Assembly: GCA_963751455.1 (NCBI GenBank) | Contig: CAVVUN010000015.1 | Location: forward strand, 1,216,001 to 1,280,000 | DNA from: Nitrospirota bacterium | GTDB lineage: Bacteria > Nitrospirota > UBA9217 | DNA: 64,000 nt | Direction of reading: 5' to 3' | In this document: piece after piece, positions 21,053 to 31,124 of the stretch | Numbering within the stretch: position 1 is the first letter of the stretch | How the letters are laid out: every line of letters starts with the position of its first letter | Position numbers and translations under genes: made by a program | Notes under the pieces: model-generated | Seen by the model: only the letters and a program-made list of their open reading frames with translations | The model's database searches: none | What the model was told of the DNA's origin: nothing

Positions 21053-22483
21053 ATGGCAAAAATTATTCGGATACTCTTGATGGCTTTGCTGCCGCTAATC
21101 TGTTTGAATGCATGCACGGATGATGGCGGTGGCACTAATCCGACTACCGTGAATGACAGTGGATATGACGGGGGAAGTGTTGAAACTACACTCGTGACAG
21201 TTACAACTCCACCAGCTGCCACACTGCCCGTTACGCCTTACCCTATGGAAGTCCCGATCGCGACAACGTCGGGCAATGAGCTCAGTATCAGCGCTGCATA
21301 TGACGGGACAAATATCTTGGTAGGGATTCGCGGCGATCAGGATTCCCCTGCCAATATTACTGCACAACTCGTGTCGTCAATGACAGGGAGCCTGGTAGGC
21401 CCGCGCGTCTCCGTAGGTCGGACCGGAGGAGCGCCTTCTGTGGCCTTTGACGGGTCTAATTATTTGATGGTCTGGCCTGATGATGCCACGTTTCCGAACA
21501 AGTTGTACGGCCAGCGAATAAGCACATCAGGGCAATTGGTCGGCGCGCCTTTTCCCATTGCCGTGACTGGTGATGAAGGCGGGCCGGTTATCTTTGATAG
21601 TGAGAATTATTTTGTCGCCTGGGAAATCAGGAGCAGTCCAAGCGTGACTGATACAGCCGATATATACGGACAGTTTATTTCCCCCTCGGGCGCTTTAATG
21701 GGATCAATAATTTCTGTTAGCACTGCCACCCATGGACAGAGAATGCCTGCCTTGGCCTTCGACGGAACGAACATTCTGGTGGTATGGGTCGACGGTCGCA
21801 ACCAGAGCGCGTGTTATACGGACCCGGCCACGCAACAGAACACATGCAAGGAATCGGATGTCTACGGACAATTTATAACAAAATCCTCGCCCGGAGAAGC
21901 CGGCGCCCTGAATGGCGACAATTTCCTGATAAACGAATCATCACTGCCGAACGAGAACCCGGCTATTTCCTTTAACGATACGAACTATCTTGTGGTAATG
22001 AATGAAGAATCAACACTCCCGAACGCCTGTCCCTCGGAAGGATGTCAATGGAGAATATACGGCCGGATTGTTACAACGGCGGGCATTCCCGGCGACTCAA
22101 GAGTCATCTTGAGCGATACGACCGCGGCTCGAAGGTCTCCGAAGACGGGCCGTTGCGGATCATATCATCTGGTAACCTGGACCGAAAATTTCGGAAGGCC
22201 GACGAGCAGGATAAAGGGTTGCTATTACGACGCTTCAGGTACATCCTATGGGGAGTTTACTATAGCTTCACCCACCGAGGACGGAAGACTCCCGTGGTCA
22301 GCGACACCCGCTTCACTTAAGATGATTGTGAACATAGGAAAGCCGGGTGCAGACCCCCTGAACACGGATTCTTATACAGAACAAGATGTCCTTGGAAAGA
22401 TGTTGCCGGTAATCTCAGAGATTGCCGTATCGCCGCTGGCAACAGTACAAGAACCGGACACGGGAGCGAATTCATCTTATTGA
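21053..22483 (+). CDS. Lipoprotein with beta-propeller-like repeats
   Basis: Lipobox LNAC; repeats PSVAFDGSNYLMVW, PVIFDSENYFVAW, PALAFDGTNILVVW, PAISFNDTNYLVV, several followed by xYGQxI. Confidence 0.75.
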   Translation: MAKIIRILLMALLPLICLNACTDDGGGTNPTTVNDSGYDGGSVETTLVTVTTPPAATLPVTPYPMEVPIATTSGNELSISAAYDGTNILVGIRGDQDSPANITAQLVSSMTGSLVGPRVSVGRTGGAPSVAFDGSNYLMVWPDDATFPNKLYGQRISTSGQLVGAPFPIAVTGDEGGPVIFDSENYFVAWEIRSSPSVTDTADIYGQFISPSGALMGSIISVSTATHGQRMPALAFDGTNILVVWVDGRNQSACYTDPATQQNTCKESDVYGQFITKSSPGEAGALNGDNFLINESSLPNENPAISFNDTNYLVVMNEESTLPNACPSEGCQWRIYGRIVTTAGIPGDSRVILSDTTAARRSPKTGRCGSYHLVTWTENFGRPTSRIKGCYYDASGTSYGEFTIASPTEDGRLPWSATPASLKMIVNIGKPGADPLNTDSYTEQDVLGKMLPVISEIAVSPLATVQEPDTGANSSY

Positions 22484-22581
22484 GGACTCTGACCCGATGG
22501 GGACCGAGAAAATTCAATTTTTAATCATACTTCAGCTTAGGCAGTCACTTTCGCGAAATTTTATGTCAGCGGGGAGGGACG

Positions 22582-24054
22582 ATGAAACATAAATTGAGTC
22601 TTGAGAGATTGCTGCTCTTTGTTTCAGCACTCGGGTTCATCTTTATCCCCGCTTTCGATTCCCATACCGCTACGGTGACACATACCTACGACGATCTTAA
22701 CAGGATAGAGCGGTCTGAGTATTCAGACGGCACTGTAATTATCTATAAGTATGACGAAGTCGGCAACCGTGAACGAAAGAGAGTCTTATACAAACCTCAC
22801 CTATTGACACTTCAAGTGAACGGTGGAGATTATGGTTCAGTTACAAGTGCACCAGCAGGCATTAGCTGCGGTACCAAATGCGAGGAGTTGTTCTCTGAGG
22901 GCACAGCAATTACGCTCACTGCCTCACCAAACACCTGCATGACGTTTACTGGCTGGAGCGGCGGCGGGTGCTCAGGAACAGGTACATGCTCTGTCACAAT
23001 AAGCGATGCAGCAACAGTTACAGCTACATTCACCCCCAATCCTCCTGTTACTCTTGCAGCATCGCCGCTATCGGGGAATTCGCCACTGATAGTTTCATTC
23101 ACCGACAACTCTATGTGTGCAACAGCATGGAACTGGAATTTCGGCGACACCGAAAATAATACGAGTACACTAAAAAGCCCTACTCACACCTATAATAAGT
23201 CTGGAATATATACTATTACTCTTACTGCCGACAGTTCGAGCGGATCAACAACAATCACGAAGTCAAATCTCATAAACATCGCAGGATTGCTGACCGTAGT
23301 AAAAGCAGGTCATGGCACAGGCAAGATTACGAGCAACACTGGGGGCATTGATTGTGGCGGTTCCTGTTCCGCTACATACGCAAAAGACACCACGGTTACT
23401 CTTACTGCAATGCCCGATCCCTGCATGAAATTAGCCGCATGGACCGGAGCATGCTCGGGAGCAGCAGCGTCATGTTCAGTTGCGATGACTGAATCAAAGA
23501 ATGTAACAGCAACGTTCAGTTATATTCAGCCAACCGCAAATTTCACCCCGGTGTCACAACAAACCGGAACCGCACCTTTCCAGGTTGCGTTTACTGATGC
23601 GTCAACGTGTGCAACGTCCTGGAGCTGGAACTTCGGAGACAGCGACCCGAATAATACGAACACCAGCACTGCGCAAAATCCGACTCCTCATACATACAGA
23701 AAGCCGGGCACCTATACGGTCGCACTGGTAGCTTCGAACCCGGACGGTTCATCGACAAATACCCAAACCGGTTTGATCTTCGCAAGCCCATGTTATAACT
23801 TTCCCGCGAAGATAGGAGACACGTACTACGGGTCTTTGACCGAGGCAATCACTGCAGCAGCAAGCGGTGCAACCATTAAGGCCCTGGCCGTAGATTTGAA
23901 CGGATCTGTAAGCGTAAATAAATCGCTGATCTTGAACGGGGGGTACGACTGCTACTATTCGAGCACGACCACAGGACCGACAGCTATAGGGGGCAATGTA
24001 GCGATTGAAAACGGAACGTTTAATGTCACGATGGACGGAATTAAAGTTAATTAA
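22582..24054 (+). CDS. Secreted protein: N-terminal YD hairpin + InlB-B-repeat-like domains + PKD domains
   Basis: Signal peptide; TYDDLNRI..YSDGTVIIYKYDEVGNR; GSVTSAPAGISCG..C and FTGWSGGGCSG repeats; two WNFGD PKD motifs. Confidence 0.8.
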   Translation: MKHKLSLERLLLFVSALGFIFIPAFDSHTATVTHTYDDLNRIERSEYSDGTVIIYKYDEVGNRERKRVLYKPHLLTLQVNGGDYGSVTSAPAGISCGTKCEELFSEGTAITLTASPNTCMTFTGWSGGGCSGTGTCSVTISDAATVTATFTPNPPVTLAASPLSGNSPLIVSFTDNSMCATAWNWNFGDTENNTSTLKSPTHTYNKSGIYTITLTADSSSGSTTITKSNLINIAGLLTVVKAGHGTGKITSNTGGIDCGGSCSATYAKDTTVTLTAMPDPCMKLAAWTGACSGAAASCSVAMTESKNVTATFSYIQPTANFTPVSQQTGTAPFQVAFTDASTCATSWSWNFGDSDPNNTNTSTAQNPTPHTYRKPGTYTVALVASNPDGSSTNTQTGLIFASPCYNFPAKIGDTYYGSLTEAITAAASGATIKALAVDLNGSVSVNKSLILNGGYDCYYSSTTTGPTAIGGNVAIENGTFNVTMDGIKVN

Positions 24055-24181
24055 TCAAGTTCATAGTTCTAAGTTCAACAGTTCAAAGTTGGGAAGCGAT
24101 TAAAATAATAGATTTGATATTTGCCACAAAAATGCGCAGAAAGCACAAGGAAAACGTATTCTGAATAATCTCGGGGGGAAC

Positions 24182-26062
24182 ATGAAGAGAATCGTGGGTC
24201 TATCGATTTTTATCATCCTTATTGGTTTAAATCTATACGCAGGAGATCTGACTGTCGTTGGCACCGTCAATTTCGGTGCTCGTCAGAACGGTGGCCCCCA
24301 ACCTGGTTATTTAGGAAATACATGGACTCCTGCAGAAGGATACAAATTTTCTTATATCGGATCCACGTATTTTGACGGCACTAATTGGATAACTAATGCA
24401 AATGCTGGTTTTGGCTCAAATAATGTAGCAGAAATTGGTCTTGATGCGTCGGGCATCAAGTTTTATGCGCAAAGAGCCGCCACTGGCAATACCCAACGTA
24501 CCGATTCTACCGCCATTTTCGAAACGTATGAGCGTATGCGGATAGATAAGGATGGCAACGTCGGCATCGGGACAACCACACCTGGGCAAAAGCTTGATGT
24601 CCAGGGAGGCTATGTTAGGGCCTCTAACTCTGTTGCAGGTCCAGCAGCTTTTATGGAAGGCGGTGCTTCTGTAGCATATTTTGGAGCTCTCGATGGAAGA
24701 CGCGCATCTTTCGGCAATAGCGAAAATTGGGAAACTTTAACCGTTGATAACGGCAATGTCGGCATCGGGACGACAAATCCAAAACAGGTTTTGCAGGTAA
24801 ATACTAGTTTTGGTTTAGGATCAGGTGGTGGAGTGATATGGCCTGTTTTTGATCGAGATGCGAGTGATGGCGGTTTGTTTATACGATCTTACAATGACAC
24901 CAATCAAACATACTCGAATTTAGTAAAAATAAATGCGAATGGCAATGTCGGTATCGGGAAGAATCCGGAAGTGAAGTTGGATGTGAATGGCAATATAAAG
25001 ATAAGTGGCTCTATAAATCCGTATCTGCAAATAAATGACGGTACTTATAACGGGTATATCGAAGCAACAGGTGGGAGTCTACGTTCATATTGGAACGGAA
25101 GAGTCGGCTGGGTGCAAACCGCAGACGGCGATGTCGGCATTGGGAAAACGCCGGCGCCGGGAGTGAAGTTGGATGTTAATGGTACAACCTATGTGGAAAA
25201 GCTTCTGACTACAGGGAACAACTCCTACAACCCTGCTGATCCCAAGGCCGCTGATATTGTAGTCGGCAGCGATGCAGGGGCGCGACATGATTCCAGCGTG
25301 ATGTTCTGGTCCTCTGCGAGCGCCTCCAGGTTGTTTAATCAGAACGATGTGTTCTACATGAGCCCGTGGCATATGGATGCCGTTACAGGAGCCAATGTTG
25401 CGTTAGCAGCCGGTACTGGAAATAGCTATATCAAGAACGGCAGCGTCGGCATCGGGACAACTGATCCTACCCTGGGAGCATCTGTATCTAATCCAAAACT
25501 TAGTATCGCCGGTCCAACCGGCGATAATGCCAGATTAGGCATGAAGAGCGCCAAAAGCGGCGCATATACTTGGTGGCTTTATGCTGCTGATGATGCTTTT
25601 GGTCTGGGCGGCGGTACTGACGGCAAAGTAGGCAAAATTCAGGTGGCAAATAACGGCAATGTCGGTATCGGAGACTCGACCCCGGATTACAAATTAGTCG
25701 TTAAAGGCGGCATAATCTGTGAGGATCCAGACGGAGATGATACTTGTAATGCACCCGTACAGTCGGATATCAGGCTAAAAACAAATATCAGGAACATAAC
25801 CCATGCGCTAGACAAGGTGGAGCAGTTGCAGGGGGTAGAGTTCAATTATACGAAAGCAACCCTGCCCAAAGGAAATCAGATTGGCTTTATTGCGCAGCAC
25901 CTGGAAAAAGTATACCCGGAGCTTATCTATGAAGACATGGATGGCTATAAAATGATTGATTATCAGAAACTAACTGCCGTGCTGACAGAAGCAATCAAAG
26001 AGCAGCAAAAGCAGATCAATGAGCTTAAAGCTGATATTACACTTTTAAAAAAGACGAGATGA
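24182..26062 (+). CDS. Secreted tail-fibre-like protein 1 with peptidase S74 intramolecular chaperone
   Basis: Signal peptide ...LNLYA-GDL; six G(N/D/S)VGIG repeats; SDIRLKTNI...IGFIAQ...AIKEQQKQI C-terminus. Confidence 0.85.
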   Translation: MKRIVGLSIFIILIGLNLYAGDLTVVGTVNFGARQNGGPQPGYLGNTWTPAEGYKFSYIGSTYFDGTNWITNANAGFGSNNVAEIGLDASGIKFYAQRAATGNTQRTDSTAIFETYERMRIDKDGNVGIGTTTPGQKLDVQGGYVRASNSVAGPAAFMEGGASVAYFGALDGRRASFGNSENWETLTVDNGNVGIGTTNPKQVLQVNTSFGLGSGGGVIWPVFDRDASDGGLFIRSYNDTNQTYSNLVKINANGNVGIGKNPEVKLDVNGNIKISGSINPYLQINDGTYNGYIEATGGSLRSYWNGRVGWVQTADGDVGIGKTPAPGVKLDVNGTTYVEKLLTTGNNSYNPADPKAADIVVGSDAGARHDSSVMFWSSASASRLFNQNDVFYMSPWHMDAVTGANVALAAGTGNSYIKNGSVGIGTTDPTLGASVSNPKLSIAGPTGDNARLGMKSAKSGAYTWWLYAADDAFGLGGGTDGKVGKIQVANNGNVGIGDSTPDYKLVVKGGIICEDPDGDDTCNAPVQSDIRLKTNIRNITHALDKVEQLQGVEFNYTKATLPKGNQIGFIAQHLEKVYPELIYEDMDGYKMIDYQKLTAVLTEAIKEQQKQINELKADITLLKKTR

Positions 26063-26153
26063 CAGTCTCAATCGTCATGTTTGACTTCTGACAGAACAGG
26101 GTTGTCTTGGTCCAGAGATAATTGATACGCGAAGTATGATGCGGGGGGGGATT

Positions 26154-28157
26154 ATGAAGAGAGCAGCTGTATGTGTTTCGATTGTTATTGTCTTTATCGC
26201 TTTAAATCTATATGCAGGAGATCTGACTGTTACGGGAAAGCTTGGCGTCGGAGCTGATCCGCAACAGGAAAGGCTGTTTGTCAATGGAAATATTGGATCA
26301 AATAATCCTGGAAATAGGATTTATTTAAGAAGCAATGCGAACGATGCAAGCAGAAATACAAATTTTAATCCGAAACTTTTTTATGAAGGAATTATTTCAG
26401 GAAATGGAGATGGTTCGGGAGGAACATTGGAATGGGGTCTCCATCTTAACGCTCTTCCATGGAGTTGGGGGCAGGATAAAATTTATTATCACGGCGCCGA
26501 TCATATCTTTTACACGACAGAAGGGGCAGGTTCGGAGTCGGAAAAAGTTCGAATAATGCAAAACGGCAATCTAGGCATCGGCACAACGAGCCCGGTGACA
26601 CGGTTCGAGGTCGCTCCTCCGTATCCTTCAGCAGGCAATGTCGCAGCAGGAGTTTTTAGATTGAACGGCAACCAGTCATGGGGGCATGCGGTTACACTCG
26701 CCACCGATAATCCAACGGGTGATGACGCACGACTTCTCTTGAGCTACCGTAATAAAGCGAAGCAATGGGCTCTTGGTGGATTTTATAATAGCACCCGGTT
26801 TGGTATTTGGGAAGATGCGGGAGACGGAGTCTATGGTTCTGGCTGGGGTACCGAACGGTTCACGATTTCCGCAGGTGGCAACGTTGGCATCGGCAAGGCC
26901 GATCCAGGAGCGAAACTAGATGTAGTGGGGGACATTTGGTCAAACAGTAATAGGCCGATTAAAGTAAGCGGGATCCAGGGAAAAATTACTATTCAGGGGG
27001 ATACAGGTGGTTGGGCTAACTATCTTCACTTTTTGGGATCCAGCGGAACTGACAGAGGAGGCTTTGGTGCTCTTGGGGGTGCAGACGCCCTTGCATATCT
27101 TTATGCTGGTGATTCTTATTCTAATCCGACGACGGTTTGGAGAAGCGGCAACGTCGGCATCGGGACGACGGAGCCAGCTTCAAAACTTCACATTATCTCA
27201 GAAGAAATAGGCACTGGAGCAAATAAAGGATTTAGAATATCAAACTATAACAACAGCCAAAGTTATAGCTTAAGAACCGGTATTACGAATGTAACTAATA
27301 ATTCTCTTTCTGTCTATGATGAGAATGCAGGGGCAAATAGACTGGTAGTAGATACAAGCGGCAACGTCGGCATAGGGACGACAACGCCAAACTCAAAATT
27401 AAGCGTTGGCGGCGATGGCTATTCTGCCGCGGCGATCTATGGCTATGGTTCGTATGGTATCTCTGGCTGGGGCACGAATACAGGTGTTGAAGGTGGAAGT
27501 ACAGTCCCCGGCGGTAAGGGAGTCGTGGGCTTGGGTGACTTGGATGGTGTTGAAGGCTATTCCACACGCACCACAGCAGGCGGTCGCGGCGTGTTTGGGT
27601 TCGCATATAACGGATATGATTTCTATGCCGGTGGACCAGGCATCAATTACGGTCCGTTTACGGGCGGTCACGAGGTCAAGCTGTCGGATGATACCCCGAA
27701 GAACTTAAAGGCGGGTATGATTTTTTCCGTTACAGGCGAGTTGGAAGCCAGATCAGATGACAAGGGAAATATCAGCATATCATCAACGCTGCCGACGGTA
27801 GCGTTATCCAACATTGCAAACGACAAGGCGGTTTTCGGAGTATTAGTTATGGAAGCCGATGTGCCTGAGAAGCACTGGCATAAGAAAAAAGAAGGCGAGC
27901 GGTTTGCCGCCGTCAATGCTTTAGGCGAGGGCCGGGTGTTGGTGACCAATATCAACGGGGACATCGACGTGGGTGATTACATCACGACTTCGCCGGTTCC
28001 CGGGTACGGGCAAAAGCAGAACGACGATTTGCTTCATTCCTATACCCTGGGCAAAGCGATTGAAAAAGTGGATTGGTCCAAGGTGACGGAAACCGCAGTA
28101 TTTAATGGCAAGAAATATAAAGTATATCTGATCGGCGTAGTCTATACCAGTGGCTAA
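26154..28157 (+). CDS. Secreted tail-fibre-like protein 2 with a different C-terminal chaperone-like domain
   Basis: Same LNLYA-GDL head; four GN(V/L)GIG repeats; GVxG beta-helix; FTGGH...GEGRVLV..INGDI.VGDYITTS C-terminal domain. Confidence 0.8.
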   Translation: MKRAAVCVSIVIVFIALNLYAGDLTVTGKLGVGADPQQERLFVNGNIGSNNPGNRIYLRSNANDASRNTNFNPKLFYEGIISGNGDGSGGTLEWGLHLNALPWSWGQDKIYYHGADHIFYTTEGAGSESEKVRIMQNGNLGIGTTSPVTRFEVAPPYPSAGNVAAGVFRLNGNQSWGHAVTLATDNPTGDDARLLLSYRNKAKQWALGGFYNSTRFGIWEDAGDGVYGSGWGTERFTISAGGNVGIGKADPGAKLDVVGDIWSNSNRPIKVSGIQGKITIQGDTGGWANYLHFLGSSGTDRGGFGALGGADALAYLYAGDSYSNPTTVWRSGNVGIGTTEPASKLHIISEEIGTGANKGFRISNYNNSQSYSLRTGITNVTNNSLSVYDENAGANRLVVDTSGNVGIGTTTPNSKLSVGGDGYSAAAIYGYGSYGISGWGTNTGVEGGSTVPGGKGVVGLGDLDGVEGYSTRTTAGGRGVFGFAYNGYDFYAGGPGINYGPFTGGHEVKLSDDTPKNLKAGMIFSVTGELEARSDDKGNISISSTLPTVALSNIANDKAVFGVLVMEADVPEKHWHKKKEGERFAAVNALGEGRVLVTNINGDIDVGDYITTSPVPGYGQKQNDDLLHSYTLGKAIEKVDWSKVTETAVFNGKKYKVYLIGVVYTSG

Positions 28158-28258
28158 TTCCTGCTTCAATGCCACATAAGCATTCATCGTGATGATGCTG
28201 TTGTAAGTCAGGGTTCCATTGATCTCAAAAAATACCGCGAATTATAATCGGGGGGATT

Positions 28259-30136
28259 ATGAAGAGAGGTCTATGTATATCAATTGTTATTGTCCTTATA
28301 GCTTTAAATCTATACGCAGGAGACCTGAACGTCACGGGCAAACTGGGAGTTGGGCGGGACCCCGATCCTAACACAAAGATCAACCTGAATTACGGAGAGA
28401 TTGGTATAGGACAGCAAAATGATTTTACGCCGTATCTGCGTATCGGCATGGATTCATCTTGGGACCAATATATCGCCAATAATGCTTATTGGACGGGCTC
28501 AGGATATAACTATGTCAGCACAGGCGGTTATGGCGGACTTGCAAGTCGCATCCATCAGGTTTCAGGGACGATCCAGTTCGATACGGCTTCGGGCGGCGCT
28601 AATCCTATATCTTGGGCCAACCGTCTGTATATTGCAAATAACGGCAACGTCGGCATCGGGACGACCCCGGATTCACCTTTGACAATAAATTCGGGAAGTT
28701 ATTTAGTTAGGATCGGAACAACAGCTACTTCTTGGGCTGGGAACTCAACCTACCCCACAATATTCAGTTCAACTTCTGACCAATGGGTCATGTTCACGAA
28801 TCCTCATATTTCTTATACCCAAAATGGAATAAATGGTTTTAGTGGAAGTATGACAGGGGCGACTTTAAGAATGGCAGGAGACCCAACGGCCGCAAGTTAT
28901 TGGGACGCAGGTCCCGGGACTTCGGGTGCTGGAGCGGACAAATTTTCAATCGGTCGGAATTCCTCATCGTATTTTATAGTAGATAATTCCGGTAACGTCG
29001 GCATCGGGACGACAAGTCCGGGAGCCCAATACAAAATAGAAGTTAGCGGAGGAGATATAACTAACTATCCGAGCTACACCCATCCAAATTGCGCATTATC
29101 TTGGACCTGTATAAGCACTCATGTTTTTACTTCTCATCATTACTATGGCATCAATGAAACAGCGCCGATCTATCTCGGAGAATCGAATCCTATTATTATC
29201 CGCGGCAACGTCGGCATCGGGACGAATGTGCCGGGAACAAACAAGCTTCAGATTGGGTCTGGATCAGATGTCTTAGGCAATAATGCACTGTCGGTTGTTG
29301 GCGGTGATGTAACAATTGACGGGGCTGGAACTGCAAGAGATCCTTCAATGTATTTTAGATACACAAGTTCAACAGCAAATATTAAGAGCGATGGCCATCT
29401 TTCATTTTTGACGGGTGCGAGCCCATCGGAAAAGATGAGGGTTTCAACAAGCGGCGACGTCGGCATCGGGACGACGAGTCCCAATACTTATCTCCAGGTT
29501 GGTGACGCCGACGGAAAACCGGTTACAGCATTAACTGGCTACATATATTATCCGAACATTTATAACAAAAACACTAAAATATATGAGAATGGCAGCGGCA
29601 ACAATTTTCCTGCTGCCGTTATGGGAGAATCTTCTACAGGCAGAGGAATTGTGGGCGTAACACAAAGCGGCGCTGGTGTTTATGGCACTGCCGTAAACGG
29701 TACGGGTAAGGGCGTTTATGGCATGGGTGGGACCTACAGCGTGGTTGGCTATAACGAAAACGTTAACGGTTACGCTATTTATTGTGACAGTGTCACCAAT
29801 GTCAACGGCTGCGGCGGCAACAGGTACTGGTATTATTCTTCAGATGAGAGAAAAAAAGAAAATATCACGACCGTAAACGAGGCTTTGCTCAAGATTATGC
29901 AGCTGCGAGGAGTAGGCTTTAACTGGAAAAACGATCCTGATAAGAAACATCAGATCGGCCTGATCGCCCAGGAGGTCATGACCATCGTGCCGGAAGCTGT
30001 CGGTCAGGATCCCGAGGGAAATTACACCATGGCGGACGGTCCCCTCGTGGCGCTTTTAACCTCAGCAATAAAAGAACAACAGAAGCAAATTGAGGAATTG
30101 AAGAAGCGGATAACGGATATTGAAAGGACAAAATAA
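28259..30136 (+). CDS. Secreted tail-fibre-like protein 3 with peptidase S74 intramolecular chaperone
   Basis: Same head; four G(N/D)VGIG repeats; SDERKKENI...IGLIAQEV...AIKEQQKQI. Confidence 0.85.
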   Translation: MKRGLCISIVIVLIALNLYAGDLNVTGKLGVGRDPDPNTKINLNYGEIGIGQQNDFTPYLRIGMDSSWDQYIANNAYWTGSGYNYVSTGGYGGLASRIHQVSGTIQFDTASGGANPISWANRLYIANNGNVGIGTTPDSPLTINSGSYLVRIGTTATSWAGNSTYPTIFSSTSDQWVMFTNPHISYTQNGINGFSGSMTGATLRMAGDPTAASYWDAGPGTSGAGADKFSIGRNSSSYFIVDNSGNVGIGTTSPGAQYKIEVSGGDITNYPSYTHPNCALSWTCISTHVFTSHHYYGINETAPIYLGESNPIIIRGNVGIGTNVPGTNKLQIGSGSDVLGNNALSVVGGDVTIDGAGTARDPSMYFRYTSSTANIKSDGHLSFLTGASPSEKMRVSTSGDVGIGTTSPNTYLQVGDADGKPVTALTGYIYYPNIYNKNTKIYENGSGNNFPAAVMGESSTGRGIVGVTQSGAGVYGTAVNGTGKGVYGMGGTYSVVGYNENVNGYAIYCDSVTNVNGCGGNRYWYYSSDERKKENITTVNEALLKIMQLRGVGFNWKNDPDKKHQIGLIAQEVMTIVPEAVGQDPEGNYTMADGPLVALLTSAIKEQQKQIEELKKRITDIERTK

Positions 30137-30574
30137 AAGGTCACGGTTTTTTAAAAGAACCATCATCTGGGCAAAGGTAAGGGCCTCAACCTATTAAAAA
30201 CGCACGATTGTTGAGAAGTCTATCTTGGTGAGAAATGCGACGTTCTTCATTTTCTGAGCCATATAACAGGATTTCTCGCTTCACTCGAAATGACAGCGTG
30301 AGGTTTTTAATGACCGAGAAGGACCAAAAATGAAAAAGATGTGATTATGCCCTTTTTTTTCACTTCTTGGTGTCTTCGAGTCTTCGTGGTAAATTTGGGT
30401 TCTTTTAGGTAAATTTCTGTTCCGGTTTACACCAGTAATGTAACCGGTATAAAGTTGAGATCGACCTGACTCCGAGGTCGAGGTAACGGCCCTTTTCCGG
30501 TTGAAAATTCAACCGGGATTCTGATATAGTAGTTCGACGGATGGTGCTCTGCATCCGGCAAATGGGAGACCGAC

Positions 30575-30877
30575 ATGGAAATAAATGAAAATAAACTGAA
30601 GGAAATATTGAATGAACAGCGCCGGGAATTCCAGCATTTTATGGGCATTATGAAAGAAGACGGTGACTCGAAGATGCAATTGCTCGGCGAACAGTTTCAG
30701 GAAATCAAGTCGACACTCGACCATCACTCAAAAATTCTGGAATCGCACACGGATACCCTATCGTCCCATACACAAATGATAGGCGCTCTCATGGAAGATG
30801 TCCATATCATCAAATCCGACATCCACTTCATGAAGGCAGACCTTAAGAAAAAGGTCGACTACGATGAATTCGAATAG
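30575..30877 (+). CDS. Hypothetical coiled-coil protein (possibly truncated)
   Basis: Heptad pattern LDHHSKILESHTDTLSSHTQMI; GGGAG RBS. Confidence 0.6.
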   Translation: MEINENKLKEILNEQRREFQHFMGIMKEDGDSKMQLLGEQFQEIKSTLDHHSKILESHTDTLSSHTQMIGALMEDVHIIKSDIHFMKADLKKKVDYDEFE

Positions 30878-31124
30878 CGTGGGTCTGGCCGCGTTTATCG
30901 ATGCGACATCAGTAATCGGTTTTTCGTTCTTGCACTTCCTTTTTATGGCCTTCCAGTCGTCACACCTCGGCTCATCCGCCTTGATGATATCGCCAGCAGT
31001 TACGTCAAGAACGATAATTTAGAGTTTGTCTATATCGTGGTAGAAAAATGATCTTTGCTCCTGAAACTGGTCAGCCGTCGTAAGCTGATCTACATCACAA
31101 AGTCTTTTATCGAAGGAGGCATTT

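Noticed and set aside
24553-29475. Repeated ~23-nt motif as a CRISPR array or DGR
   Set aside because: The repeats are in-frame coding, irregularly spaced by hundreds of bp, with no cas, RT or adenine-specific TR/VR pair.
24182-30136. Prophage or tailocin
   Set aside because: No capsid, sheath, tube, baseplate, integrase or lysis genes, and the fibres carry signal peptides.
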